Shown: positions 1-9,812, counted from the stretch's first letter. The stretch: 62,568 nt of DNA from an uncultured Thermotoga sp. (GCA_964486555.1 CAZANP010000003.1:1-62568), one strand, 5' to 3'. Notes: generated by a model not told the origin, from the sequence alone. Translations and numbers: made by a program.

Positions 1-6
1 TTTTTC

Positions 7-567
7 TCAAAATGTTGGTGGACTCACCACCCATATACCTATCGCCTCTTTATCACCTATATTCCGCCATTTGTGAGGAAGGTTACATGGATAAGTTATG
101 CTATCTCCTTCTTCCAATACGAAAACTTTGTCACCGACAGTTATCTCCATCTTACCCTGAAGTATTACTCCCGCTTCGAGTCCTTCGTGAGAGTAGAAGT
201 CTTTTCCACTTCCTTCCCCTGGTTTCAAGTAGACCATGAACATGGCCAGAACGTTGTTTTTCGTCGAAAGCAACTCATATCGAAGAGCTTCCGAAACTAT
301 TATGTTTGTTCTCTCTTTTTTTCTAACAACGTACTTTGCTTCCTCCTTTATGGTTTCTTCTTGGAAAATCGAGACCAGAGTTTCTCCGAGAGCATCCAGT
401 ATTTTTTTCAAGGTACTCAAAGAAGGAGAGACCTTCCCGTGCTCTATCTGGCTTATGAGGCTCGGTGTTACACCGATCTCCTTGGCCAAATCTTTAAGCT
501 TGATTCCCCTTGATTTTCTAACCTCTCTGAGCTTTCTCCCAATATCTTCAATATCTCTCATGATCAT
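7..567 (-). CDS. XRE-family HTH transcriptional regulator with C-terminal cupin domain
   Basis: 186-aa ORF. N-terminal HTH segment LKDLAKEIGVTPSLISQIEHGK, then a cupin-like segment GDSITYPCNLPHKWRN. ATGA overlap with the upstream gene; last gene of the peptide operon. Confidence 0.85.
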   Translation of the reverse strand: MIMRDIEDIGRKLREVRKSRGIKLKDLAKEIGVTPSLISQIEHGKVSPSLSTLKKILDALGETLVSIFQEETIKEEAKYVVRKKERTNIIVSEALRYELLSTKNNVLAMFMVYLKPGEGSGKDFYSHEGLEAGVILQGKMEITVGDKVFVLEEGDSITYPCNLPHKWRNIGDKEAIGIWVVSPPTF

Positions 568-1478
568 TCCTCCATTCCCACAAGTTTCAGCATGGATCCA
601 TAAAGTTTCACCAATCTTTCGAATTCATCGTGATCGTAAAATCTGCAACTACCAGATGTGAAGCTTTTTGCAACTTCAACACAGAATCTAACCACCGGCT
701 CGAGATCGGTGGGACTCGAAACACCCGTCGCACACCCTGGGACGGGAACCTCCGATGTTATAGCGATTCCAACAACCGGGCTTTTAGTTATCGTCGCTGG
801 TTGCATTATGCTGTTTATGTGATGTATCCCGTTTCCGTACGGTGTTATATCCTGCATCGTTATCGGAAGAACGACAGGAAGCTTCCCGCAGACTCTCTCG
901 TATATATCCAGAAGATCATCCGATGGTTTCAGTATGTAACCTTCCTTCACAGTTGGGGAGATGGCAAAACCTTTAACGTTTATCACTCTGTTCCCTCTTG
1001 TCGTATCTATCGACAGTATAGCTTTCATATCGCTCGTTATCATCTCCCTGAGAACTTCTTTAACCCCCACAGGAGATCCCATGAACGGAACCGGTTCATG
1101 AGGCTCCATAGGAGCGTTGGGGCACACATGAGTTGTAACTATGACATCACTTTCGAGGATATCCCCTCTTTGCCTCATCTTCGCTAGCTTCAAAGCACTT
1201 GCAAGTGCAACCACAGCCCCATCACCATCACTGACTAGACCAATGAAATTGGGTCTTGCTCCAACTCCCCCAAGCTGTCCAATGATACCCAGGATGTGTC
1301 CCTTACCTCTGCCGGGTATTCTTATTGTGATCACATCCGTTTTTCCCTTTTCACTTTTCAGTGTTTTCACACGAACATTCACATCGTAACTCTCAAAAAC
1401 CTTTTTGATATCCGATCCATTCACATTCGGATCATCCAAAAGATCGTAGATGAAGGCAACGTCGTTTAGCATCTTCAT
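564..1478 (-). CDS. conserved hypothetical protein, DUF1177-like (about 300 aa family)
   Basis: 304-aa ORF with ATG start and GGAGGG SD; 4-nt overlap with the upstream ATPase gene. Family assignment is from memory of length and context only. Confidence 0.55.
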   Translation of the reverse strand: MKMLNDVAFIYDLLDDPNVNGSDIKKVFESYDVNVRVKTLKSEKGKTDVITIRIPGRGKGHILGIIGQLGGVGARPNFIGLVSDGDGAVVALASALKLAKMRQRGDILESDVIVTTHVCPNAPMEPHEPVPFMGSPVGVKEVLREMITSDMKAILSIDTTRGNRVINVKGFAISPTVKEGYILKPSDDLLDIYERVCGKLPVVLPITMQDITPYGNGIHHINSIMQPATITKSPVVGIAITSEVPVPGCATGVSSPTDLEPVVRFCVEVAKSFTSGSCRFYDHDEFERLVKLYGSMLKLVGMEE

Positions 1479-2431
1479 CCCTCCTTGTACAGATGGCAGA
1501 ATATCAAACGATCGTTCACCCTCACAGGTTTTGGTGGTTCATCACATATATCCATTGCGTACTTGCATCTAGCCTTGAAAGGGCAGCCTCGAGGTGGATC
1601 CAATGGACTCGGCACTTCTCCTTCGAACACCTCTTCGTCTTTCCTTCTCTTCGGATCTGGGAGCGGTACCGATGAGAGAAGAGCTTTCGTGTAAGGATGA
1701 AGAGGCTTCAAAAGGATATCCTGAGCCGATCCCATCTCCATTATTTTCCCAAGGTACATTATCATGACTCTATCGGCTATGTGCTCTACGACTTTCAGAT
1801 CGTGGCTGATGAATATGTAAGTCAACGACAGCCTCTCCTGGAGATCCATCAGAAGGTTCAATATCTGAGCCTGGACAGATACATCTAGTGATGATGTTGG
1901 TTCATCCAGTATGAGGAGTTCTGGTTCTAACACCAGAGCCCTTGCGATACCTACCCTCTGTTTCTGTCCACCAGAGAGTTCGTGAGGATACTTGTCCAGA
2001 GCCTCTTCCGTCAATCCAACCTTAGATATAACCTCTTTTACCTTCTCGTTCCTCTCATCCTTCGAACCAATTCTGTATATATCCAGACCTTCCCTCACGA
2101 TATGCTTTATCTTCTTTCTTGGATCTAAAGAAGCCTCAGGGTCCTGGAATACGATTTGTACTTTCTTCCTGACGAACTTGAAGTCTTCCTTGCTTTCGAT
2201 GACTCTTCCTTTGAAAAGAATCTCACCATCCGTTTTTCTGTGAACTCCGAGTATGGTCATCGCAATCGTGGATTTACCACTCCCGCTCTCTCCAACGATC
2301 CCAAAAGTTTCTCCCTTTTCAACGTAGAAGGAAACACCATCCACCGCCTTTATGAATTTTTCAGGTTTCCCAAAAAGCTTATCCTTTATTGGAAAATACA
2401 CCTTTAGATCCTTGATCTCCAGGAGCTTCAT
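1475..2431 (-). CDS. peptide ABC transporter ATP-binding protein (OppF/DppF type)
   Basis: Walker A GESGSGKST, signature LSGGQKQR, Walker B LLILDEPTS, and a C-terminal oligopeptide-type extension with Cys motif. Confidence 0.92.
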   Translation of the reverse strand: MKLLEIKDLKVYFPIKDKLFGKPEKFIKAVDGVSFYVEKGETFGIVGESGSGKSTIAMTILGVHRKTDGEILFKGRVIESKEDFKFVRKKVQIVFQDPEASLDPRKKIKHIVREGLDIYRIGSKDERNEKVKEVISKVGLTEEALDKYPHELSGGQKQRVGIARALVLEPELLILDEPTSSLDVSVQAQILNLLMDLQERLSLTYIFISHDLKVVEHIADRVMIMYLGKIMEMGSAQDILLKPLHPYTKALLSSVPLPDPKRRKDEEVFEGEVPSPLDPPRGCPFKARCKYAMDICDEPPKPVRVNDRLIFCHLYKEG

Positions 2432-3396
2432 GCGGGATCAGCTCCTCTTCGATAAAGCCAGCAGCTGACGTAAGAACCGTTCACTTTGAAAAATGGGGGT
2501 TCTTTTTCTCTACACAATTCGAAAGTGTCAGGACATCGTGGATGAAATCTGCAGCCTTTCGGCGGATTCATAAGGTTGGGAACGTTTCCGGGGATAGAGT
2601 GGAATCTACTTTTTCTTTCTTTATAAAATGATGGAATAGATTTCAAAAGACCCTTGGTGTAAGGATGAAAGGGATGTTCAAAGATATCATCGATTTTTGC
2701 CTTTTCAACTATTTTTCCCGCATACATAACCATGACACGATCTGCGATCTGTGCTATCACACTCAGATCATGGGATATGAAGATGATGGATGTTTTTGAG
2801 GATTCCTTCAATTTTCTGAAGAGTTTCAAAATCTGTGCTTGGGTTGTAACGTCCAGAGCTGTTGTCGGCTCATCAGCTATCAGAAGCTTCGGCTCACACA
2901 ACATCGCCATGGCAATCATCACCCTCTGTCTCATACCACCACTGAACTCAAAAGGGTACCTGTTCATCATCGTTTCGGGATCTGGTATTCCCATCATTTT
3001 CAAAACCTCTACGCTTCTGTTCCATGCCTCCTTCTCATTCATATTGAGATGCTCTTGAAGCACTTCCATCAGTTGAACGCCTATCTTCAACGAAGGGTTC
3101 AAAGAATTCAAGGGATTCTGGAAGACCATGGATATTTCTTTTCCTCTGAGTTCGTGAATGTTTCTGGACACATCTCTTCCTTCAAAAAGAATTTTCCCAC
3201 TCACTACCCTTCCGGGAGGGGAAGGAACAAGCCCCATTATTGCAAGGGCGGTTACGCTCTTTCCGCTACCGCTTTCTCCGACTATTCCCAAAACTTCTTC
3301 GCGCTCGACTTCGAAACTTATACCATCGGGTGCCCTTATCTTTCCTTCGGGTAGAGAGAACTCAACCACAAGGTCTTTAACTTCAAGAAGTGCCAA
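2428..3396 (-). CDS. peptide ABC transporter ATP-binding protein (OppD/DppD type)
   Basis: Walker A GESGSGKSV, signature FSGGMRQR, Walker B LLIADEPTT. TTG start preceded by AGGAGGGG. Confidence 0.92.
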   Translation of the reverse strand: MALLEVKDLVVEFSLPEGKIRAPDGISFEVEREEVLGIVGESGSGKSVTALAIMGLVPSPPGRVVSGKILFEGRDVSRNIHELRGKEISMVFQNPLNSLNPSLKIGVQLMEVLQEHLNMNEKEAWNRSVEVLKMMGIPDPETMMNRYPFEFSGGMRQRVMIAMAMLCEPKLLIADEPTTALDVTTQAQILKLFRKLKESSKTSIIFISHDLSVIAQIADRVMVMYAGKIVEKAKIDDIFEHPFHPYTKGLLKSIPSFYKERKSRFHSIPGNVPNLMNPPKGCRFHPRCPDTFELCREKEPPFFKVNGSYVSCWLYRRGADPA

Positions 3397-4561
3397 GTTC
3401 TTTTCCCCTCCTGAAGTAGTCTTTTATCTCATTCAAAAGATCCTTTGAAGAGAAAATATCGTAACAGGTCATCGCCAAAGCTTTCACAGCTCTTATCATA
3501 GCTTCATATCCTTCTTCTGAATTGGCAAATTCGGCAAATTCGTGTGTATGTGCTGGAACGTACTTACCGCCAGTTATGTTCACATAGGCGTGTATTCCGG
3601 GAACGACCTGTGTTACATCACCCATGTCAGTTGAGCCCACCCCTTGTTCGTAAGTTCTTTCCACAACCTTTTCTCCCACGATCTCAAAATTTTTCTCCAA
3701 AGTCTTGGCAAGCGGTACGTTCACAAAGACGTTACTCAGGGTCTCCAACCTTTCAAGGTTGTACCTGCAACCGCTCATCAAAGCAGCCCCTTCCACGAGT
3801 TTTTTGAACTTCTCAACGACCCTTTCCAGCGTGTTTTTCTCAAGAGCCCTTACAATTATCTCCGCGGATGTGTACTCCGGTATTATATTTGGAGCCTGCC
3901 CACCGTTGGTTATGATCCCATGTATCCTGACTTTCTCTGGAAGTTGCTGTCTCATGAGCCCTATCCCGGTAAAGAGCTGCACCATGGAATCCAGTGCATT
4001 GATACCTTCCTCTGGATCCGCTGCGGCGTGAGAAGGTTTCCCAAAGTACTCTACCTTGTACACTTCCAAAGCATAGGATATATCAAAACCTGTTGTGAAC
4101 GATGCTGGATGTATCATCATGGCAACATCCACACCATCGAAGACGCCATTTTCTATCAGTATCCTCTTTCCGGCTCCTTTTTCCTCGGCAGGTGATCCCA
4201 CGACAAGGATGGTTCCTCCATATTCATTCAGAACACTTGATTTTTTGAGTGCAACTCCCGCACCAGTACTCATAACTCCTATCATGTTATGGCCACAAGC
4301 ATGACCAAGGTCTGGTAAAGCATCGTATTCTGCAAGAAGCGCTACAGTGGGAGATCCAGATCCGTATTTCGCAACAAAAGCCGTTTCAAGCCCTGCTACA
4401 TTTCTTTCAACCTCAAAACCCTCTTCTTCGAGAAAATCGGCAAGGAGTTTTGAAGATCTCCTCTCTTGAAAAGCTACCTCTGCGTATTCAAAGATTTTCC
4501 TTGCCATTTCGATGAGTTTTCCTTTCATCTCATCCGCTGCTTCCATTATCTTGTCCTTCAT
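3383..4561 (-). CDS. M20D-family amidohydrolase/peptidase
   Basis: Motif GHACGHN plus GSPAEE, typical of M20D amidohydrolases. The ORF-track start at 4639 overlaps the permease gene. ATG at 4561 (MKDKIMEA...) has a GGAGG SD and is preferred. Confidence 0.85.
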   Translation of the reverse strand: MKDKIMEAADEMKGKLIEMARKIFEYAEVAFQERRSSKLLADFLEEEGFEVERNVAGLETAFVAKYGSGSPTVALLAEYDALPDLGHACGHNMIGVMSTGAGVALKKSSVLNEYGGTILVVGSPAEEKGAGKRILIENGVFDGVDVAMMIHPASFTTGFDISYALEVYKVEYFGKPSHAAADPEEGINALDSMVQLFTGIGLMRQQLPEKVRIHGIITNGGQAPNIIPEYTSAEIIVRALEKNTLERVVEKFKKLVEGAALMSGCRYNLERLETLSNVFVNVPLAKTLEKNFEIVGEKVVERTYEQGVGSTDMGDVTQVVPGIHAYVNITGGKYVPAHTHEFAEFANSEEGYEAMIRAVKALAMTCYDIFSSKDLLNEIKDYFRRGKELGTS

Positions 4562-4572
4562 CTTACCCCTCC

Positions 4573-5400
4573 TCACGTTCTCAATCTGGGATCCAATACA
4601 TCCCTCAGGCCATCTCCAAGCAAGTTGAACCCAAGGCACGTTAGCAAAATGGCGAGTCCAGGAAATATCGCCATGTGAGGAGCAACTTGAAGGAAATCTT
4701 TAGCTTCGCTCAACATACTTCCCCAAGAAGGTGTTGGAGGTTGTATACCAAGCCCCAAAAAACTCAATGTTGCTTCACTTATGACAGCTCCTGCGAAATT
4801 CAGTGAAGAGTATATTATCAAAGAAGGAACTATGTTTGGAAAAATATGGTGAAAAATGACTCGAAGATTGGAAGCTCCCAGAACTTTCGATGCTATCACA
4901 AAATCTTCGTTTTTAACGTTCAAAACCGCACTTCTCACAACTCTGGCAAAACTTGGAACCATGACAACACCTATCGCGATCATGGCGTTGAAGAGACCAG
5001 GCCCTAAAACTGCCATCATCGCTATAGCAAGAAGAACGTAAGGGAAAGAAAGGAGAGCATCCATGAATCTCATGATGAGAGAATCCAGAAATCCTCCAAA
5101 ATACCCGGAAAGTATACCAAGAACAGTTCCTATGAGAGCACCTATACCGACTGCTACCACTCCTACCATCAGAGATACCCTGGCTCCATAGACCAAACGG
5201 GAAAATATGTCCCTCCCATAATCGTCCGTTCCAAATATATGCCCTCCTTCCCCTGGCTTTGCGAGAACGTACATGAAATCCATTTCATCGTAAGAGTGCG
5301 TCGCTATAAATGGTGCAAAGATTGCCAATATCAGATCCAAAGTTATTATCACGAAACCTGCCAGTGCGGATTTGCTTTTAAGAATCCTTCTGAACGTCAT
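4573..5400 (-). CDS. peptide ABC transporter permease (DppC/OppC type)
   Basis: 275-aa polytopic membrane protein of the BPD_transp_1 type; N-terminal OppC-like segment; GAGGGGA SD. Confidence 0.9.
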   Translation of the reverse strand: MTFRRILKSKSALAGFVIITLDLILAIFAPFIATHSYDEMDFMYVLAKPGEGGHIFGTDDYGRDIFSRLVYGARVSLMVGVVAVGIGALIGTVLGILSGYFGGFLDSLIMRFMDALLSFPYVLLAIAMMAVLGPGLFNAMIAIGVVMVPSFARVVRSAVLNVKNEDFVIASKVLGASNLRVIFHHIFPNIVPSLIIYSSLNFAGAVISEATLSFLGLGIQPPTPSWGSMLSEAKDFLQVAPHMAIFPGLAILLTCLGFNLLGDGLRDVLDPRLRT

Positions 5401-5403
5401 GTT

Positions 5404-6360
5404 TCATCCCCTCTCATAGCTTTGCCTGATCTTCGGATTCACAACTGCGTAGACCACATCAACCAGAAGGTTTATGAATATGTAAGTTACAGCAACAAAA
5501 AGCACTTCCCCCTGGACGAGCATGAAATCTCTCCTCATGATGGCATCGACCATGAGTTTTCCAAGACCAGGAAGGGCAAAAACTGTCTCTGTTAAAACCG
5601 CACCGGCAAGTAGATTCCCCAGTTGCAAACCGATGACTGTGATTATCGGAACGAGGGCATTCCTCAAAGCGTGTCTGTATATTATCAACCGCTTTCTCAG
5701 TCCTTTTGCATAAGCTGTCCTCACGTAATCCTGCCTCAGCACTTCCAGCATACTGGATCTTGTGAATCTGGTTATGGTTCCCATGGAGAGAATACCGAGT
5801 GCGAAAGAAGGCAGTATGAGGTGTTTCACAACATCCCAGATACCTTTATCCAAGCTTCCAAGACCAACCGCTGGGAGCCATCCCAATTTCAGAGAGAACA
5901 CGATGATGAGTACCATTCCAAACCAGAAGATGGGTATCGAGATCCCAATGAGCGCTAGGACCGTTATGAGAAGATCGGTGAAAGAATTGTGTTTGACAGC
6001 ACTGAGTATACCTGCTGGTATCCCCACCAGAACCGCTATGAAGAGGGCGGAAACGCTCAAAACAAAAGTTGTGGGAAATCTCTCTAAGATCAGAGAAAGA
6101 ACATCTTGTTTGTATATCAGGGATTTTCCAAGATCTCCTGTTAGGACCCTTTTTAAATACAGAAGGAACTGAACGAGTACGGGTTTATCGAGTCCAAGCT
6201 GTTGTCTGAATCTAGCGATATCCTCTGCTCTTGCCTCTGGTCCAAGGATCACCATAGCAGGATCCCCGGGTATGAGTTTCAAGAGTAGAAACGTTATCAG
6301 AAGAACGAAGAACAACGTTGGTATGACTTGAAGGAGTCTTTTCACCAGATATTTCCGCAA
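5404..6360 (-). CDS. peptide ABC transporter permease (DppB/OppB type)
   Basis: 318 aa. Starts MRKYLVKRLLQVIPTLF, typical of DppB/OppB. TTG start with GAGGTGA SD. Confidence 0.9.
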   Translation of the reverse strand: MRKYLVKRLLQVIPTLFFVLLITFLLLKLIPGDPAMVILGPEARAEDIARFRQQLGLDKPVLVQFLLYLKRVLTGDLGKSLIYKQDVLSLILERFPTTFVLSVSALFIAVLVGIPAGILSAVKHNSFTDLLITVLALIGISIPIFWFGMVLIIVFSLKLGWLPAVGLGSLDKGIWDVVKHLILPSFALGILSMGTITRFTRSSMLEVLRQDYVRTAYAKGLRKRLIIYRHALRNALVPIITVIGLQLGNLLAGAVLTETVFALPGLGKLMVDAIMRRDFMLVQGEVLFVAVTYIFINLLVDVVYAVVNPKIRQSYERG

Positions 6361-6374
6361 AACTGTTCACCTCG

Positions 6375-6404
6375 AAAATGATGGGGGAAGTCCCCCATCA
6401 TTTT
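6375..6404 (-). terminator. perfect 14-bp inverted repeat (intercistronic stabiliser/attenuator hairpin) immediately after the peptide SBP stop codon
   Basis: Plus strand reads aaaatgatggggga-ag-tcccccatcatttt. The SBP stop codon (6398-6400) lies in the stem. The 3' arm ends in UUUU and is followed by the permease GAGGTGA SD. Confidence 0.6.
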
Positions 6405-7936
6405 TCTTCAACCCATACGTTCGTGCCAGGAGCGTACAACCTTATCATCATATCGGGCGATACGGTGAAACCTTTAACTCTCTTGTTAACACCCATAACC
6501 ACCATCTTGTGATAGAGTGGCATGTAAACTCTATCCTGCATGATCAGCTTTTCGGCTTCCTGGTAATATTTTATCCTCTCCTGCTGATCCGCTGTTGACT
6601 CTCCTTTGGCTATGAGTTCATCGACCTTTGGATTGTTGTATCCTCCACCATTTCCATAGGTTCCTTTTCTCGATGAATGGAACATGTAGAATATGAAGTA
6701 TTCAGGGTCTGGATACCAGGTCCAACCGATGGTGTACATATCCGCTTCTCCTTTTGATGTGACTGCGACAAAACTTCCCCATTCCAGAGATTGTACTTTG
6801 AGATCTATACCTATCTTCTTCAACATCGATTGCATTATGATAGCTGCTTTCCTCCTGTTTGGATCCTCTGGAGTGTATATTGTAAGCTTAAGTCCATTTT
6901 CGTATCCCGCTTCTTTCAGGAGCTCTTTCGCCTTCTCTGGATCGTATGGTAGGGCGAGTTTCTTTATATCCGGGTTGTAAGCCCATGAACCTGGCGGAAT
7001 GGGACCATAAGCTCTGACACCAGAGCCGTTCGGGAACAGCACTTTTATTATCTGATCCAGATCAACTCCATAGAATATCGCTTCTCTAACTTTCTTGTTT
7101 GTCGTTGGTCCACGCATGGAATTCATGTACACCGCATAAACGTTCACACCGGGAACCATGACAACGTCCACATTTGGGGTTGCTTTCACCTTTGGGATGT
7201 CTTGGTCAAGGATGTCACTTGCTATGTCGACCTCTCCACTCATCAGGGCAACCGCAAGGACTGATTTGTTCGGGATGAACTTGTACGTTATCTTCTTGAG
7301 GTACGGTTTTTCACCCCAGTAATCCTCGTTTCTGATAAAGGTCATGTGGTCATCCTTCACCCATTCAACCATCTTGAAAGGTCCCGTTCCAACAGGATGA
7401 AGGGTGAATCTATCTCCCCACCCTTCTACCTCTTCTTTTGGAACCACAGCTGCGCCTATGTCCGTCAGAACTGTAAGGAAGGGGGCAAAGGGATACTTAA
7501 GAGTGATTCTAACAGTGTATTTATCAACAACCTCGACTTTATCCACCATGTAGAGTCTCACCATCGGCGATATCTTTATTTCTCTCTCGAAGCTGTATTT
7601 CACATCTTCAGCTGTTACCTCTCTCCCATCCTGGAACTTCCCTTTCTGGAAGTGAACACCTTTTCTAAGCCTGAACGTCCAAACCTTCAGATCTTCTGAA
7701 ACTTCCCATGATTCTGCGAGAAGTGGCCTTATTTCCTTCACTTCGGCATCGTATGCCACCAGTGTTTCAAAAACGTTTCTCATGACCTGAGCCGACGCAA
7801 GATCTTGATACAGAGCTGGATCCATGGTGGTTGGATTCTGATCGGTACCAACAACGATCTCCCCATTGTAGTTAGGACCACCAAGAGATACAGCTGCTAG
7901 CAGTGTAACGATGAGAAGCAGAATGAACTTCCTCAC
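6398..7936 (-). CDS. ABC transporter substrate-binding protein, family 5 (peptide/nickel type)
   Basis: About 512 aa with an N-terminal signal-like segment and SBP_bac_5-like sequence. The ORF-track GTG at 7945 lies inside the SD GGGAGGTG, so GTG at 7936 (6-nt spacing) is preferred. Confidence 0.88.
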   Translation of the reverse strand: MRKFILLLIVTLLAAVSLGGPNYNGEIVVGTDQNPTTMDPALYQDLASAQVMRNVFETLVAYDAEVKEIRPLLAESWEVSEDLKVWTFRLRKGVHFQKGKFQDGREVTAEDVKYSFEREIKISPMVRLYMVDKVEVVDKYTVRITLKYPFAPFLTVLTDIGAAVVPKEEVEGWGDRFTLHPVGTGPFKMVEWVKDDHMTFIRNEDYWGEKPYLKKITYKFIPNKSVLAVALMSGEVDIASDILDQDIPKVKATPNVDVVMVPGVNVYAVYMNSMRGPTTNKKVREAIFYGVDLDQIIKVLFPNGSGVRAYGPIPPGSWAYNPDIKKLALPYDPEKAKELLKEAGYENGLKLTIYTPEDPNRRKAAIIMQSMLKKIGIDLKVQSLEWGSFVAVTSKGEADMYTIGWTWYPDPEYFIFYMFHSSRKGTYGNGGGYNNPKVDELIAKGESTADQQERIKYYQEAEKLIMQDRVYMPLYHKMVVMGVNKRVKGFTVSPDMMIRLYAPGTNVWVEEK

Positions 7937-7950
7937 AACCAACACCTCCC

Positions 7951-8556
7951 TTATAATATGGACCTGAGGAAATTTCCCAGCAACTTACGAGCTGATACCA
8001 CGATACCTTCTGTGTATTTCTTCACAAATTCTTCATCTCTCAGGGTGTATCCTATACAATCCAGAATAACAAGATCTCTATCCCTCAAGATTGATAAGTC
8101 GTTGAAGATGTGCGTATAGGGTGAATACGATACCATTTTTAGATCTCTCGCTATACTCTTCCATTTTCCCCTTACCATCTCGATTTGACCAGGCTCTGGA
8201 ACAACGATTCCCAACTTCTCAGGTTTCATGATTGAAGCGAAGCATTTCAATATTTTTGAAGGAAGGATATATCCGTCGATGTCCACATCGTCGGTACATA
8301 AAAGCACTGTCATTTCCTTTTGATGAGGGATTCTTTTCAATACCTTCTCTATCCATCTTCTCGAAAGTTTCACTTCGCTTCCGTCTCTAAGCCGCGTAAC
8401 GAGAAACTCTTCATCTCCTGATGGCCTGGCTTTTTCGATGTTTTTTGAGTCATCAAGAAGGCCCATTTCCTTATAGTTCAACGTTTTTCCTATAATTTTA
8501 AAAAGTTCCGGTATGACATCATCCCTTGGAGTCTGTCCAAGAGTTACAAACACCAT
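7951..8556 (-). CDS. AroM-like protein (Asp/Glu racemase-like superfamily, function unknown)
   Basis: 201 aa. The N-terminus VTLGQTPRDDVIPE resembles the AroM-family TIGQxPRxD motif. First gene of the peptide operon. Confidence 0.5.
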   Translation of the reverse strand: MVFVTLGQTPRDDVIPELFKIIGKTLNYKEMGLLDDSKNIEKARPSGDEEFLVTRLRDGSEVKLSRRWIEKVLKRIPHQKEMTVLLCTDDVDIDGYILPSKILKCFASIMKPEKLGIVVPEPGQIEMVRGKWKSIARDLKMVSYSPYTHIFNDLSILRDRDLVILDCIGYTLRDEEFVKKYTEGIVVSARKLLGNFLRSIL

Positions 8557-8665
8557 GATGATTGCCCCTTCTGGATTTTTAAATTATACTTAAAATTGTA
8601 TTCTACCAGAAAGGATTCGAAAATGTCAAATGAAAGATCATGTAAGATAAATAAGGGGAAATCCT

Positions 8666-9379
8666 GTGGATATGTTCATAATGGATTTAGGGAAACTTGA
8701 AAAAGCAATTTTTCTCAAGAGATTGAACAAATTTCTAGGTTTTGCAAATTTGAGAGGGAGCACAATAAAAGTTCACATTCATGATCCAGGAAGGTTAAAT
8801 AAGCTTCTATACGAGGGGAACGAAATTCTGATAAAGCATGTGATGAAGCCTTACAGGAAGACGATGTACGATATCGTGGCAGCGAGGTGGAATAATAGCC
8901 ACATGCTAGTTCATTCTGGGTATCATGGAAAGATCGCAAAAAGGATCATAAAATCCAATAAACTCCCCATAAATTTGTGTGGTGAGATACGAAATGAGGT
9001 TCTTTGCAAAAACAGCAGGATCGATTTTCTGGTGAAAAGAGATGATGGTAAAAACATCTGGATAGAGGTTAAAGGTTGTACCTTGATCGAAGATGGTGTC
9101 GCACTTTTCCCGGATGCTCCGACCAGAAGAGGTTTGAAACATGTAAAAGAACTTGTAGAAATCGTCAAAGAGGGTGACATAGGAGTTCTATTGATTTTGA
9201 TATTCTCGAAAGCAAAATGTTTCTCACCCAACGCTCGTATAGATCCAGATTTCTCAGATGCTTTTTGGAAGGCTTTAAACTATGGTGTGAAAGTTCTCCC
9301 GGTGACTTTGCATCTCAAGGGGACACACATCTATTTTGAGGGACTGATACCTTTATGCGGTGAAGGATTCACTCGATGA
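8666..9379 (+). CDS. sfsA: sugar fermentation stimulation protein SfsA (DNA/RNA nuclease SfsA family)
   Basis: 237 aa with SfsA-like segments: FLKRLNKFLG, HIHDPGRL, SRIDFLV, IEVKGCTL, FPDAPTRRGLKHVKEL. Confidence 0.88.
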   Translation: MDMFIMDLGKLEKAIFLKRLNKFLGFANLRGSTIKVHIHDPGRLNKLLYEGNEILIKHVMKPYRKTMYDIVAARWNNSHMLVHSGYHGKIAKRIIKSNKLPINLCGEIRNEVLCKNSRIDFLVKRDDGKNIWIEVKGCTLIEDGVALFPDAPTRRGLKHVKELVEIVKEGDIGVLLILIFSKAKCFSPNARIDPDFSDAFWKALNYGVKVLPVTLHLKGTHIYFEGLIPLCGEGFTR

Positions 9380-9812
9380 TGTCTAAAATTTCTGCCTTCT
9401 GGTACTCGACTATCCTTTTTGGATCTATCTTTATCAGTTTGTTGATACTTCCACCTCCTCCCAGAACGTAATCGTTTTCCATCACCCTTTTATCGACAAT
9501 AGTTTTTATATTAACTCCAACAGGAGGAACCGATCCTATCTCATAACCTGTGAACTTTTGAACTTCCTCAGGTTTTGCCATTCTGACCTTTCCAAACATC
9601 TCTCTGAGTTTTTTGAAACTCACCTTAGCTTCTCCATCCACGATAACGAGTATTGGTGTTTTTCCACCCACCAGAACAATGGACTTGACGATCTTTCTCC
9701 TGGGGACCCCAGAAGCTCTAACTGCTTGCTCAACCGTTTTCACCGGTTCTCCAAGATTCAAAATCTCCCCACCTAATTCACGTATCAGATCTTCGAAATT
9801 CACCTTTATCAC
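9369..9812 (-). CDS. YbaK/EbsC-type aminoacyl-tRNA deacylase domain protein
   Basis: 147 aa. Contains YbaK-like KSIVL, GYEIGSVPPVG and LGGGG motifs. The start may instead be the second GTG at 9803. Confidence 0.75.
   Translation of the reverse strand: MIKVNFEDLIRELGGEILNLGEPVKTVEQAVRASGVPRRKIVKSIVLVGGKTPILVIVDGEAKVSFKKLREMFGKVRMAKPEEVQKFTGYEIGSVPPVGVNIKTIVDKRVMENDYVLGGGGSINKLIKIDPKRIVEYQKAEILDIIE

Noticed and set aside
3383-4639. N-terminal extensions in the ORF track: M20D to 4639, rnfC to 33808, the pilin-like ORF to 35074, murD from 43756 and comEB from 52288.
   Set aside because: The extensions overlap neighbouring genes, or run antisense through them, and lack family-typical sequence. 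Internal starts with GGAGG-type SDs at proper spacing match the known family N-termini.
8577-8595. The inverted repeat TTTTAA-N7-TTAAAA in the divergent aroM-like/sfsA promoter gap, considered as an operator for the XRE-cupin regulator.
   Set aside because: It is a short, purely A/T palindrome in an AT-rich promoter region and is expected by chance. There is no second copy or supporting evidence.
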